This document shows, piece after piece, positions 9,426 to 19,750 of a DNA stretch of 54,828 nt. Source of the stretch: an uncultured archaeon. GTDB lineage: Archaea; Aenigmatarchaeota; Aenigmatarchaeia; PWEA01; JAGHBM01. Each line of letters opens with the position of its first letter. Position 1 is the stretch's first letter. The position numbers and the translations under genes were made by a program. The stretch covers positions 1 through 54,828 of the forward strand of contig CAZOZN010000003.1 in the NCBI GenBank assembly GCA_964584335.1. The letters are read 5' to 3'. Under the pieces are notes generated by a model that ran no database searches, had not been told where the DNA came from, and was given only the letters and a program-made list of their open reading frames with translations.

Positions 9426-12400
9426 TAAATCACCTGATTTTTAAACTCATAACTCTTTTTCTTTTTTGTAGACATTAATCTCTTGTGTGATAACCATGCC
9501 ATAAATATTATTACTATTAAAAGGAATACCCATCCCCAAGTCTGTGTCAATGTTTGTTCTGTTCCGGTAAGGAAGAATTGTCCTGTTCCGCTTGCAAGAG
9601 TGGCAAAGTCCTTTCTGAAGCTTACTGATGCCAGATACAAGCCGGTAGGTGCTGACAATGGTAGGAAATACTCCTCGGTCAGTTCGGTTTTCTCAAGTGG
9701 CTGCATTTTTTCTATTTTTTTGACATCTGATTTTATTATTTCCATTCCTGGTGTATAAATCTCTACTTCTATGAAGGGGAAATCTACCTGTTCTCCCCCG
9801 TTTATAACAAGTATATTTAGACCTACCGGGTCTTCTACTTTGAATTCGTCCTTTTCTGGTGTAACTATTATCGTCGGGTAGGGTTGTTTGTATATTATAT
9901 TAATTGATTTCATCTCGTCTGGACCTATATCACCCGCCATTATCCTTGTAGAGTCTTTACCTCCGCTGAATTGCAGCTCATTTCCGAATGAGTCTCTTGC
10001 TTTTATCATATCGTCGTAACCTATTGGGAGATTTAGAGCGAGATTTTCGTATTTTTCCATACCGAAGTTTTTAAGGAAGACGTCCATCATTATTTTTACT
10101 TTTTTGTTTGGAAGCTTTTCCAAAACTTCAACATTTCTGTCAACTTCCATTACAGGCGGTGTTAATATCCTGACCTCATAGGTTCTTGACTCGAAAGGCT
10201 TTACTTTGCTTCTCCATATCATTCTTTTTCCTTCTTTATTCAGTTCAAAGTCAACATCTTCCTCTACTTTGTTTCCGTATTCGTCGTAATAACTTACATA
10301 TCCTTTGCTCGTGTCCGAGAAAACATTTATTGAGAACTTTGAGTTAACCGGCACACCGTTTGGGTTGTAGACTTGGAAGTCTTTCATCCATAGAACCGGT
10401 TTGTTTACTATAGCCATTTTTGCCTGAGAGAATTCCCCCTCGTCTATTTCCAAAGGCATTACATCTTCTTGTACTGTAACTTTTATAGAGCCTATAGCCC
10501 TTACTAGATATTCGTAACCTGTTACGGGGTCGAAACCTGATATAAGTGATGGTAAGGTATATGCGCCCGGATCAGTTATATTCATCTGGTAAGTAACGTT
10601 TAATTTTTCTCCATTTCCCAGGTCCCAACCGCCTCCGGGGGTACTTATCTCGTATACATGAACCAGCAATCCATCGGGAAGAGTCTGAGTCCCGTTGTCA
10701 GATATTATATAATCCCCGTATTCAAGTGTACTCCAATGGGTACTGTTGTAATATTTTATGGTCAGACTTTCATTGTAATCGTCAAATGTTGCCAAGTTTG
10801 TTCCCTGTGGGACATAATCTACGAACTTGGTTTCATTTACCGTGCTTGTGAGGTTTTCAGAGGTTACCTCTACCCATATGGTGGAATCTATCAAATTTGG
10901 TTGTGTGACGTCATTACCTATCAATTGTTTCCAACCCACCAGCTGTTTTGCCGATATTGGCAGTGTAACATCATTAAATCTTTCCGTTAAGGGTGTTCCT
11001 GATTCGGTTCTGACTGTTGTGTTTCCTGTGAAATTGAATATATCACCCGCCTCAAAACTTGAGGGTGATGTTATTATTATTGTTACGTTGAACTCGTCAT
11101 TTCCTTTCGGCGTGTCCCCCAAAACAGTTGAAACATCGCTTATTGTTATGTTTACAAAACCGTCAACATCGTTTGTTGAATCGGGCTTTGTTATTGTTTT
11201 TGTGTAGTCAGCACCTTCGCTAAGATATGTCCTGCTGTTTGAGGTACCGTTCCAAAATGAAACGTTGACATTGGAATTTATAGTCCAGTTGCCGTGATCA
11301 AGCGTTGGTTTGTTGTGAGGTCTTGCAGGCACAACCGAAAATATTTCAACAGAATCAACGCCCGCATTATCATTACCCAACATCTGAACAGTATCCTCTA
11401 TCGTGGCGTTTTGGTCCGCTGTCAATGGTGTTATTGAGCCTTCCACACTTTTTACCGGAGAAACATCCACAAGATAAAGGGTTGGTAGCTCGTAAGTGGA
11501 ATTTATATAACCATAATTGTAGGTGTCGTTCCAGACAACTTCCCAGTCAAATGATACGCCGTAGTAAGGCTTGTTTCCGCCGCTTCCCGTGTCGAACCAG
11601 GTATTGTCTCCGGTGAATTCATCATCAGTGGTATATATCCTTGAATCGTTTGCATCAAAAAGACCGTTAGTACTGCTAAAATCTCCGGACTTGTTTGCGT
11701 TGTCAGGGTCCAAAGGTATTCCGCTTGAAGCGTTTATCTCAAATATTTCCCAGCCTGTAAGGTTGTAGGTTAGTGCGTCTCCAGAAGTCGGAGTTCCTGT
11801 TGCCATGCTTCTTATAAGCCCCCTTACCAGCCAGTTGTCTGTGGAAGCGTCTACTGTAAGGTCTACACCCTGCCTTATAGGACCTCTTGAGAAAGTGTCT
11901 GTTATGTAGCTCTCTGTTAGGGTGTAGGAAGTGTTGTCGTAATATGCTTCAGTGCTGTCTGTTGTGTCGTATAGTTGAACGCTGTCGCCTGCAAAATTCT
12001 GTGTCTGGTTTGTTGATATGTTGAAATAAATCGTGTGGCTTGAACCAGCGTTAAGGTCACCCTTCCATTCTATCCTGTCAAACCACCCGTCGCTGTCGCT
12101 GTCGGAAGCAGTTCCGGAAGTGGGTGTTGTTGTTATGTTTATTACGTCAGGTTGCGCTATCTTTACGTCAAATTGTATTGTAAAGTTTACATTCTTTAGC
12201 GCTTTTTTTGTGCTGTTGTTGGTTATTTTTATTGTAAAGTTGAAATAATTTACAGGATTTGATGCCCCGTTAGGGTATATGTTATCATTGCTGTAAACAT
12301 CATCGCCTCCCAAGAAATTTGTAAGTTTTGTAACGTTTATTTCTATTACGGGAACGGTTTGTGAGTGTCCTGTCCCGTTAATTTCGTAAGCATCGTCTGC

Positions 12401-12775
12401 ATATCCTATACCAGAGTCTCCCTGAGTTGTGTTTACATATATTCCGACTCTTTCGTAAGCGGAAGAATTTGCAACAACAGAATCAAAGCTGGTGTTAGAC
12501 TGCAAAGTCGTGTAGTTAGAAGAGGAAAGATTTATTCTTATATACTGTAGAACGTCGTCGTTGTTCGGAGGAGCGACCTGCAAATAACCGTACTTACATG
12601 GGTTTGTGTTGAAGTCACATTTACCGTAGGAAGTTCCAGAATCTATTGTCCCGTCGCTCAAGTATTTGGCTCTTACCTGCTGTACGTGGTAGGCTTTGGG
12701 CCCCGGTAAAGCAAGAGCAATTGAGGGAACAAGCAGTAATACTATACTAAATAAGATAATGTATTTACATCTCAT
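9425..12775 (-). CDS. Large secreted, C-terminally anchored surface glycoprotein (paralogue of 12836-16009)
   Basis: Start taken at MRCKY (AGAGGAG SD); signal peptide, DSDSDG Ca-loop, many sequons, C-terminal TM plus basic tail. Confidence 0.85.
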   Translation of the reverse strand: MRCKYIILFSIVLLLVPSIALALPGPKAYHVQQVRAKYLSDGTIDSGTSYGKCDFNTNPCKYGYLQVAPPNNDDVLQYIRINLSSSNYTTLQSNTSFDSVVANSSAYERVGIYVNTTQGDSGIGYADDAYEINGTGHSQTVPVIEINVTKLTNFLGGDDVYSNDNIYPNGASNPVNYFNFTIKITNNSTKKALKNVNFTIQFDVKIAQPDVINITTTPTSGTASDSDSDGWFDRIEWKGDLNAGSSHTIYFNISTNQTQNFAGDSVQLYDTTDSTEAYYDNTSYTLTESYITDTFSRGPIRQGVDLTVDASTDNWLVRGLIRSMATGTPTSGDALTYNLTGWEIFEINASSGIPLDPDNANKSGDFSSTNGLFDANDSRIYTTDDEFTGDNTWFDTGSGGNKPYYGVSFDWEVVWNDTYNYGYINSTYELPTLYLVDVSPVKSVEGSITPLTADQNATIEDTVQMLGNDNAGVDSVEIFSVVPARPHNKPTLDHGNWTINSNVNVSFWNGTSNSRTYLSEGADYTKTITKPDSTNDVDGFVNITISDVSTVLGDTPKGNDEFNVTIIITSPSSFEAGDIFNFTGNTTVRTESGTPLTERFNDVTLPISAKQLVGWKQLIGNDVTQPNLIDSTIWVEVTSENLTSTVNETKFVDYVPQGTNLATFDDYNESLTIKYYNSTHWSTLEYGDYIISDNGTQTLPDGLLVHVYEISTPGGGWDLGNGEKLNVTYQMNITDPGAYTLPSLISGFDPVTGYEYLVRAIGSIKVTVQEDVMPLEIDEGEFSQAKMAIVNKPVLWMKDFQVYNPNGVPVNSKFSINVFSDTSKGYVSYYDEYGNKVEEDVDFELNKEGKRMIWRSKVKPFESRTYEVRILTPPVMEVDRNVEVLEKLPNKKVKIMMDVFLKNFGMEKYENLALNLPIGYDDMIKARDSFGNELQFSGGKDSTRIMAGDIGPDEMKSINIIYKQPYPTIIVTPEKDEFKVEDPVGLNILVINGGEQVDFPFIEVEIYTPGMEIIKSDVKKIEKMQPLEKTELTEEYFLPLSAPTGLYLASVSFRKDFATLASGTGQFFLTGTEQTLTQTWGWVFLLIVIIFMAWLSHKRLMSTKKKKSYEFKNQVI

Positions 12776-12835
12776 GGGGGAGTCTCCTCTTATGTAATAT
12801 ATTTTGCATTTCAATTATTTAAATCTGTATTTCTT

Positions 12836-15800
12836 TTATGTTTTTCTTAATCTTTTTAAATCTTCCTTGAATTTATCCCTATCTCTTCTTTCTTCCTTTT
12901 CGCCTCCTTTTTTTCTTAGTTTTTTGAGGTCTTTCTTGAACTTATCCTCCTTTTCTTTTATCCTTATGAACATGAAAAGTATAAACAAAAATAACAATAA
13001 CAGAAGCATGTTGTATCCTATTTCGAAAAGAAGTTCTTTACCCCCCACATAGAATTCTTTTTCATCCCTTAGCACGGTCACAAAATCTTTCTTGTAGTGA
13101 GTTACGAATCTATATTTTCCTGGTACAAAGTTTGACAGCTTTACCTGTTCTTCAAACTCGTTTATGCTACCTTTCTTCCCTTCAACATTCATGGCATTTC
13201 CAAAGTTTGTTTTTTTGTTGGGTTTGGGACCTATTGCTTCTATCTCTAGATAACCCAGTTCCTCGTTTTCTGTAGGTATTACTATTATGTTTGCTTCAAG
13301 AGTTTCATCAAATGTAAAATTGTACTTGTTTAGGTTGACTATAAGTATCGGGGGTTTTTGTATGTAGTTTATGTAAAAGCTTTTTGTTTCATTACCGTTC
13401 ATATCCCCTATGACTGCTGAACTAAAACCGCCGTTTTTTATTATGTCTTCAAGACCTTCATAACTTTTTACATTTTCTAAAGGAAATGGCAGCTCATAGT
13501 TTACTTTTTTGTATGATTCCTTTGCGAAATTTCTGACTGTTGAATTCATCTCGAAATTTACCCAAGAATCATTTGAAAATAATGGAGTTATTTTTTTTGA
13601 TATTTCAAGTACGGGAGGCGTAAAAACCTGCAGGTAAAGTCTTTTTTCTTCTTTGGGATTAAGTGTTACGTACCATTCCACTAGGTTACCTGGTTTTATT
13701 TCCAGTTCCTCTTTTTGTCCGTTTTCATCAACTATATGGACGTTTAGAGAATCCATAAAAACACTTGCAGTAAAAAGGTCTCTCGCTGGTGAGTCGTTTG
13801 GATTTTTAACGAGAAATTCTCTTATCCACATAACAGGTTTACCCACATTTGCTAGTCCCTGTTCCCATTCACTTTTTGTATATTGGAACTTTGTTATTTT
13901 GGCAGTTATTCTAATGAAAGAGTGTACTGATTCTATTACGATTTTATCTTCATAATAGTTGTAACCCGAGGCTTCTGTTATTAGCTCGTTTTGTCCGTAG
14001 GGCAGCGTTGCTACATATTCTATTTTTATTTTGTCTCCGTTATGCAAGTCAAGACCCTGGTTTGACAAATATTCTACTATGTATTGGTTGTATTTTTTGT
14101 CTCCTATAGAAACAAGGCCCCTTGACTTTATGCGGTAATCTATATTATTTTTGAAGTCAAACCAACTGCCATTTCTCAAAACTTTTACGGAAACTTCTCC
14201 TTCAACGAGCTCTCCGTTTTCCGGTATCAGTATAACGTTTTCTATATCTCTAATGCCTTTTGTTCCTGTATCATATATCCTGTACAAGACATTTGAGTTT
14301 ACCATGTTACCTATTTCGACATAAATTCTAGAGTCTTCTTTCATTATTCCTGCTTCTTCTTTCTTTGGCGCAGTTATACCGCCTCCACCACCTCCGGGAG
14401 ATGGTTCCTCACCGCAGAAAACTCCTGTTATCTCTAATTTTTCCGAAACATTGTTAGTTTCAGGAGTACCTGATTCTGTTTTTAGGGTAGTGTTTGTAGA
14501 GAAAGTGTAATTGTGGTCTTGGTCTTGGCAGGAAGTTGATATCTTATAAGAAAGAACAACGTCGTCGTCTTTTCTTATTACACCTCCGATATCTGAATTT
14601 GAAAAATCTATGTTAATATATCCGTCATTTGTGGGCGTTGAGTCCGAGTAATCCAAGTTTACCAGACTGGTTATATCAGTTTCATTACCGCCCCTTCTTA
14701 ACAAAACACTGATATCGCTTATGGTCCAGGTCGTGGCATGACCGTTATCAGAAAGATGAGGTAATTTTGAATTTATGTATACTTCTGTTACATTAAGCAT
14801 TGAATGACCGGAATGTTGTACCTTGTCCCTTATTCCTATTATTCTCCCGTCTTGGCTGTTTTGTTCTATTGTAATAAACTTCTCTGCCACGGAATCTATA
14901 AAATATAAAATCGGCATTTCTACTCTGTTTTCTGTTTCTGCTCTGTAATAGGAATCACTCCATATTATCTCCCAGTCAAATGAAGGCGAGTAGTATTTTT
15001 TTTCTGTCTCCCCGGTAATGTGTTTGCTTGTATAGTTTACCGTGCCGGGATACATCTGAAAGTAATCCGTTGAATTCGCTACCGGAATAGGATTGCCCAC
15101 CTCATAAATTTCCCAGCCATGTACTCTGTAAACTAAACCATTTGCCATGTTTTTTATAAATCCGGTCACTGTCCATCCTCCGTATTCCTGGCTCAAGTCT
15201 ATTCCTTCCCTGATAGGTCCTCTGGAGAATCTTTCAGAAAATCTTATACCGCTGAATGTTCCATCCTCGATGGTATTGTTTGCTTCACACTCGCCCTCGA
15301 GATTAACTTCCGCAAAGGATTCATCAAAGTTAATCCCGGGTATTATTTCTCCCTCGAAATATATTGTAACCGGATTTCCGGGTGAAAGGTCTCCCAACCA
15401 TTCAAATCTGTCATATATTCCGTTGCTGTTTGTGTCGTCCGCCTCCATAAAAGCGGTGCCTGAAGAGCTGAAGTATGTTATATTTATTGCATCGGCTCCC
15501 AGCCTGTTTGCTTGGAAATAAAAATATACATTTTCAAGGTCGTGTGTTGTGATTATATCGGCAGAGAAATTAAAGGTGTTTAAGCCGTTGTGTACGTCCA
15601 AACCACCGTCTTTGTTCATATAGTCCATTGTGATGTTTATAACGGGCGCTACGTCTTCGTCTAATATATATTCCAGTTCTTCTTCACCGTAGCTCGTGTT
15701 CAAGAATAAAAGCGTCTTTTCTTCACCAGTTACAGAAGCCGCCGTTCCCCTATATGCTAGAGATTTTTGAGTACTATCAAATGTATTGAGGTTTGTATTT

Positions 15801-16009
15801 GTTATGTTTGTAAGATTCAATTCTATGTATTGTAAAACATCTTGGTTGTTCCCAACAACAATGCTTACCCGGCCTATCTTCTGCGAGCTCCTCACGGTGC
15901 CGTTTCTAAAAAATTCTGTATAAACATTTTCTTCTATGTAAGACTCAGGCGCTCCTAATGCTGCAGGAACAAGTAAGATAAAAAGGAAGATTAAAAGAAA
16001 TTTCCTCAT
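12836..16009 (-). CDS. Large secreted, C-terminally anchored surface glycoprotein (paralogue of 9425-12775)
   Basis: Signal peptide, DTNSNG loop, poly-Gly linker, C-terminal TM plus charged tail; shares DVLQYI, FSRGPIR, SFDWE, TESGTP, TPPV motifs with its neighbour. Confidence 0.85.
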   Translation of the reverse strand: MRKFLLIFLFILLVPAALGAPESYIEENVYTEFFRNGTVRSSQKIGRVSIVVGNNQDVLQYIELNLTNITNTNLNTFDSTQKSLAYRGTAASVTGEEKTLLFLNTSYGEEELEYILDEDVAPVINITMDYMNKDGGLDVHNGLNTFNFSADIITTHDLENVYFYFQANRLGADAINITYFSSSGTAFMEADDTNSNGIYDRFEWLGDLSPGNPVTIYFEGEIIPGINFDESFAEVNLEGECEANNTIEDGTFSGIRFSERFSRGPIREGIDLSQEYGGWTVTGFIKNMANGLVYRVHGWEIYEVGNPIPVANSTDYFQMYPGTVNYTSKHITGETEKKYYSPSFDWEIIWSDSYYRAETENRVEMPILYFIDSVAEKFITIEQNSQDGRIIGIRDKVQHSGHSMLNVTEVYINSKLPHLSDNGHATTWTISDISVLLRRGGNETDITSLVNLDYSDSTPTNDGYINIDFSNSDIGGVIRKDDDVVLSYKISTSCQDQDHNYTFSTNTTLKTESGTPETNNVSEKLEITGVFCGEEPSPGGGGGGITAPKKEEAGIMKEDSRIYVEIGNMVNSNVLYRIYDTGTKGIRDIENVILIPENGELVEGEVSVKVLRNGSWFDFKNNIDYRIKSRGLVSIGDKKYNQYIVEYLSNQGLDLHNGDKIKIEYVATLPYGQNELITEASGYNYYEDKIVIESVHSFIRITAKITKFQYTKSEWEQGLANVGKPVMWIREFLVKNPNDSPARDLFTASVFMDSLNVHIVDENGQKEELEIKPGNLVEWYVTLNPKEEKRLYLQVFTPPVLEISKKITPLFSNDSWVNFEMNSTVRNFAKESYKKVNYELPFPLENVKSYEGLEDIIKNGGFSSAVIGDMNGNETKSFYINYIQKPPILIVNLNKYNFTFDETLEANIIVIPTENEELGYLEIEAIGPKPNKKTNFGNAMNVEGKKGSINEFEEQVKLSNFVPGKYRFVTHYKKDFVTVLRDEKEFYVGGKELLFEIGYNMLLLLLFLFILFMFIRIKEKEDKFKKDLKKLRKKGGEKEERRDRDKFKEDLKRLRKT

Positions 16010-16095
16010 ATTGTAAATAAGAAATAGTTTGAATAAAAAATTAAGGATTTATAAGCATTTTTGTGTGATAGTTTTTTATATTAGCATTTAGATAA

Positions 16096-16154
16096 TTTAT
16101 ACAAATTAGTAGTACTATTTGATACAACAAATTGATTGTACTATTTTGTATAAA
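16096..16154. promoter_or_regulatory. 16-bp inverted repeat (15/16 match) in divergent promoter; candidate operator
   Basis: TTTATACAAATTAGTA (16096-16111) / TACTATTTTGTATAAA (16139-16154). Confidence 0.5.
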
Positions 16155-16195
16155 AGGAACACCCTCGACTCCCACCATCCAAAACAGGCAATTAA

Positions 16196-16399
16196 ATGAA
16201 TACAGAAGAAAAGATTTTGAAATACCTTAAAAGAAAAAAGGAAGGAGATACCTTTACCGGAATAGCAGATGCTATAGGAGTTCACAGGCATACAGCAACC
16301 AAATACATATACAAGCTTATAGGGGAAGGTAAGATAATTACCAGGGATATAAGCACAGCAAAGGTTTGTTATTTGAAAAAAGGTGGCGGTAAAGCTTGA
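16196..16399 (+). CDS. Small winged-HTH transcriptional regulator
   Basis: ILKYLK...FTGIADAIGVHRHTATKYIYKLIGEGKI HTH pattern. Confidence 0.8.
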   Translation: MNTEEKILKYLKRKKEGDTFTGIADAIGVHRHTATKYIYKLIGEGKIITRDISTAKVCYLKKGGGKA

Positions 16400-16842
16400 A
16401 TTGGCATACCTTTTCAATTGATTTTCAGATATTCGTCAGCCTATTTATTTTTCTATTTTTTGTTTTGCTTTTTGCATATTACAAAAAGGAGAAGGTCTTT
16501 GGTTTAGAAAAGGAGGATTTCGAGGAAACTGTTCCATTCAAGGTAAAAAAGTGGATAGTGGTAAATTTCAAAAGAGGTTGCAGGTATGGAATACTGAAGA
16601 GGTTTTTATCCAAAGCGGACTGGAGCCCGGGATATGTCGACATGTTTTCTATTAAGTTAAGAGAGTTGTTTTTTCTTTATTCTTTGAGAAAGGAAATACC
16701 TTTTAGTATATCCAAGTGGATATCAAAAAATTTAAAGAAGGGTTGTACTAAGGATTCACTTAAGGAGTCTTTAAAAAAAGAAGGCTGGAATCCTAAATAT
16801 GTTGATATATTTCTCGAAAAAATAAAAAAGAAGAAATTGTGA
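16396..16842 (+). CDS. Membrane-anchored protein with two tandem ~40-aa helical repeats
   Basis: N-terminal TM; KWIVVNFKRGC..LKRFLSKADWSPGYVD / KWISKNLKKGC..LKESLKKEGWNPKYVD. Confidence 0.65.
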   Translation: MNWHTFSIDFQIFVSLFIFLFFVLLFAYYKKEKVFGLEKEDFEETVPFKVKKWIVVNFKRGCRYGILKRFLSKADWSPGYVDMFSIKLRELFFLYSLRKEIPFSISKWISKNLKKGCTKDSLKESLKKEGWNPKYVDIFLEKIKKKKL

Positions 16843-19044
16843 TTATTCTTCTTCCTCTTCTGCTGTTGGTATTCCGCCTTCCAGACCTTTTCTTGACCTT
16901 ATTTTCTTTACTACATTATCAAGTAGCTCTCTTGGAAGCTTTTCAAATATTACGTCTATTAGGAAATAAAATCCCTTGCCTCCAGTTGCTGATTTTAGCG
17001 CTCCTTCAAAGCCGAACATTTCAGCTACCGGGAGCTTAGTTTTTAGTATTGCGGCTCCCTCTTCGTTCTGCACGTCTATAACATCTCCCCTTCTGTTTTG
17101 TATCTCCTTCATTGCGGAGCCCATTTCTTCCTGGGGGGATTCTATCCTTAGAATTTGTTTTGGTTCGAAAAGAGTAGGACCTGCCTTTAGTATGGCATTT
17201 TTTATTGCAAACCTTGAAGCGGGTATTACCTGAGCAGGGCCACGATGTATAGAGTCTTCGTGTAATTTTGCGTCAACAAGCCTTACTATAACAGAGTAAC
17301 ATGGTTCTCTGCAAATAGGACCCTCGTCCATGACGCTTTTGAATGATTGTTTTAGCAGTTCCACAACTTCGTTGAGGTATTGTATTCCTTTTGTGGCATC
17401 TATAAACATGTTCCTGTTATGAATCATTTTTACTCCTTTTGCGTCTAATTCATTCATACCGAGTTTCTTTAATTTATCTGTGAGCTCTACGTCTTTTCCT
17501 TTTATTTCACCTTCTTTTATCTCGCCGTTTTTCATTGCTTCGTAAACTTCTTTGCTTATCGGCTCTACCTCTAAATAGAATTTATTGTGCTTGTTTGGAG
17601 ATTTTCCTTCAACAGGGCCGGCCTTCTTTGAAACGGTTTCCCTGTAAACTACTATTGGAGGAGAAGTCTCAACTTCTATTCCCTCGTCCTTTAGTTTATT
17701 TTCGACTTTTGCTTCTATGTGAAGTTCTCCAAGACCTGAAACCAAATGTTCTCCCGTCTCCTGATTTATTTCAACCTCTAGGGTTGGGTCTTCTCTTGAG
17801 AGTTTTCTTAATATTTCTATGACTTTCGGTAAATCCTGTGTCTTTTTTGCTTCTATGGCTTTCGTGACTACGGGCTCGAATATGTGTTTTATTCCTTCGA
17901 AAGGCTTTATCATGGCATCCGGGTCACAAAGGGTTTCACCGGAAAAAACAGAGGGCAATCCAACTATGCCTATTATATTTCCTGCTGGTACTCTTTTCAT
18001 CGCTATCCTTTGCTGGCCCTTGTATATACAAACCTGCTGTATTCTTTCCTTCTTTTTCTGACCTACAAGATAAACTTCCTGACCTTCTTTAACTCTTCCT
18101 GAGAATATTCTCGCGGTTGCAACATTACCCGCATGAGGGTCCGTATATATTTTGGTCACGACACAAGAAAGCTTACCATCCGGGTCACACATAACCATAG
18201 ATTTTCCTACACTGCTTTCTTCATCTCCAGTCCATATCTTACCTATTCTGTATTTCTGTGCTATTATTGGGTCTGGCAGATGCTCTACAATCATGTTTAA
18301 AACTATCCTGTACAAAGGAGCCTTTTTTGCAAGGTCTTTGTCTTCGTTCTTTGAGCAATAATCTATTATATCCTTAAAAGTTATGCCTGTTTTCTTCATG
18401 TATGGAAGTGAAATGGCCCAGTTTCTGTAAGCGCTTCCGAATGCTACAGAGCCGTCATTTACATTTACCTGCCATTTTTTCTTGTATTCCGGTTCCGCGT
18501 ATTTGTCTATAAGAACATTGACTTCTGCTATCATTTTCATGAATCTTTTCTGCATTTCTTCGGGAGATAGCTTTAGTTCTTTTATCATTCTGTCAACTTT
18601 GTTTATGAAAAGAATTGGTTTTACTCTTTCTTTTAGTGCCTGTCTGAGCACGGTCTCTGTCTGCGGCATCACGCCTTCAACAGCGCATATAACCACCAGA
18701 GCCCCGTCTACAGCTCTCATTGCGCGTGTTACATCACCACCAAAATCAACGTGACCGGGGGTGTCTATCAGGTTTATAAGATGGTCCTCTTCTTGGTATT
18801 TGTGAACCATTGAAACGTTTGCGGAGAATATTGTTATTCCCCTGTCCTGCTCCTGTTTATCATAATCCATAAATAACTGCTTTCCAGCGGTCTCTTCAGA
18901 AATCATTCCTGCACCCGCAAGCAAATTATCAGATAAAGTAGTTTTACCATGGTCTATATGGGCAACAATTCCTATGTTTCTTATTTTATCTTTGGTGTCC
19001 ATCAGTTCTGTAACTCTTTCTGTAAGGTTAACTTTTTTAGCCAT
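16843..19044 (-). CDS. fusA: Translation elongation factor aEF-2
   Basis: AHIDHGKTT, DTPGH, NKVD, HEDSIHRG diphthamide loop. Confidence 0.98.
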   Translation of the reverse strand: MAKKVNLTERVTELMDTKDKIRNIGIVAHIDHGKTTLSDNLLAGAGMISEETAGKQLFMDYDKQEQDRGITIFSANVSMVHKYQEEDHLINLIDTPGHVDFGGDVTRAMRAVDGALVVICAVEGVMPQTETVLRQALKERVKPILFINKVDRMIKELKLSPEEMQKRFMKMIAEVNVLIDKYAEPEYKKKWQVNVNDGSVAFGSAYRNWAISLPYMKKTGITFKDIIDYCSKNEDKDLAKKAPLYRIVLNMIVEHLPDPIIAQKYRIGKIWTGDEESSVGKSMVMCDPDGKLSCVVTKIYTDPHAGNVATARIFSGRVKEGQEVYLVGQKKKERIQQVCIYKGQQRIAMKRVPAGNIIGIVGLPSVFSGETLCDPDAMIKPFEGIKHIFEPVVTKAIEAKKTQDLPKVIEILRKLSREDPTLEVEINQETGEHLVSGLGELHIEAKVENKLKDEGIEVETSPPIVVYRETVSKKAGPVEGKSPNKHNKFYLEVEPISKEVYEAMKNGEIKEGEIKGKDVELTDKLKKLGMNELDAKGVKMIHNRNMFIDATKGIQYLNEVVELLKQSFKSVMDEGPICREPCYSVIVRLVDAKLHEDSIHRGPAQVIPASRFAIKNAILKAGPTLFEPKQILRIESPQEEMGSAMKEIQNRRGDVIDVQNEEGAAILKTKLPVAEMFGFEGALKSATGGKGFYFLIDVIFEKLPRELLDNVVKKIRSRKGLEGGIPTAEEEEE

Positions 19045-19143
19045 TTTATCACCATCAATTAAGCAATATCAGTAATATTAATTAAACGTATTTAAATGTT
19101 TTTATAAGTATTCCTAAACAATCAAATTACATAATAAAATAAA

Positions 19144-19743
19144 TTATCTTGCTCCTTCCGCTTCTCTTTCCAGTCTTTCTTTTTCTGATATTGCGGTCGA
19201 TTCCTTTGAATTGTTGTTTGCAGATATTATCTCGTCTGCAAGTGTCTCTGATATAGATTTTTTGCTCTTGAAAGATTTCTTGTAGGCACCCTGCGCAAAA
19301 AGTCTCAATACAATGTCTATCCTTCTTTGTGGTGCAGTTATAACCGCCTTTCTTGCTATTATTGACCCCATTTGATAAGAAGAGACTTCTTCTCTTAGTG
19401 CAGCATTTTCAATTGCTCTTATCAATACTTCAATAGGATTCTTTTTTGTCTTTTTTTCGATTATCTCAAAACATTCTTTTATTATATTGTAAGCAGTAAT
19501 GCTTTTTCCAGTAAAACTTCTTGAGGATAATTTGTGTTTTCTTCCCCTATGACCGGAAACAAACAAATGATTCATCAATCTTTCTACAATGTTTATATCG
19601 CTTTTATAGAATTTTTTCTTGCTGTGCCTTCCGTGAGATGACCTTGGAACCAAGCAGGGCTTAAGCACTATATAATTCTTTAAACCCGGGTCCTTTACTT
19701 CCACGTCAGTGTCCCACTTGTTAAATATTTTTATCTTTTCCAT
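19144..19743 (-). CDS. rps7: 30S ribosomal protein uS7
   Basis: VKDPGLKNYI, NPIEVLIRAIEN, LADEII; lies between uS12 and EF-2. Confidence 0.95.
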   Translation of the reverse strand: MEKIKIFNKWDTDVEVKDPGLKNYIVLKPCLVPRSSHGRHSKKKFYKSDINIVERLMNHLFVSGHRGRKHKLSSRSFTGKSITAYNIIKECFEIIEKKTKKNPIEVLIRAIENAALREEVSSYQMGSIIARKAVITAPQRRIDIVLRLFAQGAYKKSFKSKKSISETLADEIISANNNSKESTAISEKERLEREAEGAR

Positions 19744-19750
19744 ATTACAA

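Noticed and set aside
30-15521. Many short plus-strand ORFs over the surface-protein operon (and similar antisense ORFs throughout)
   Set aside because: Antisense shadows of long real genes; Phe/Ser/Leu-rich mirror of Lys/Glu codons, no motifs
254-16009. Integrated conjugative element or provirus
   Set aside because: No integrase, relaxase, replication or capsid genes and no att repeats visible; left boundary is outside the window, so not fully excluded
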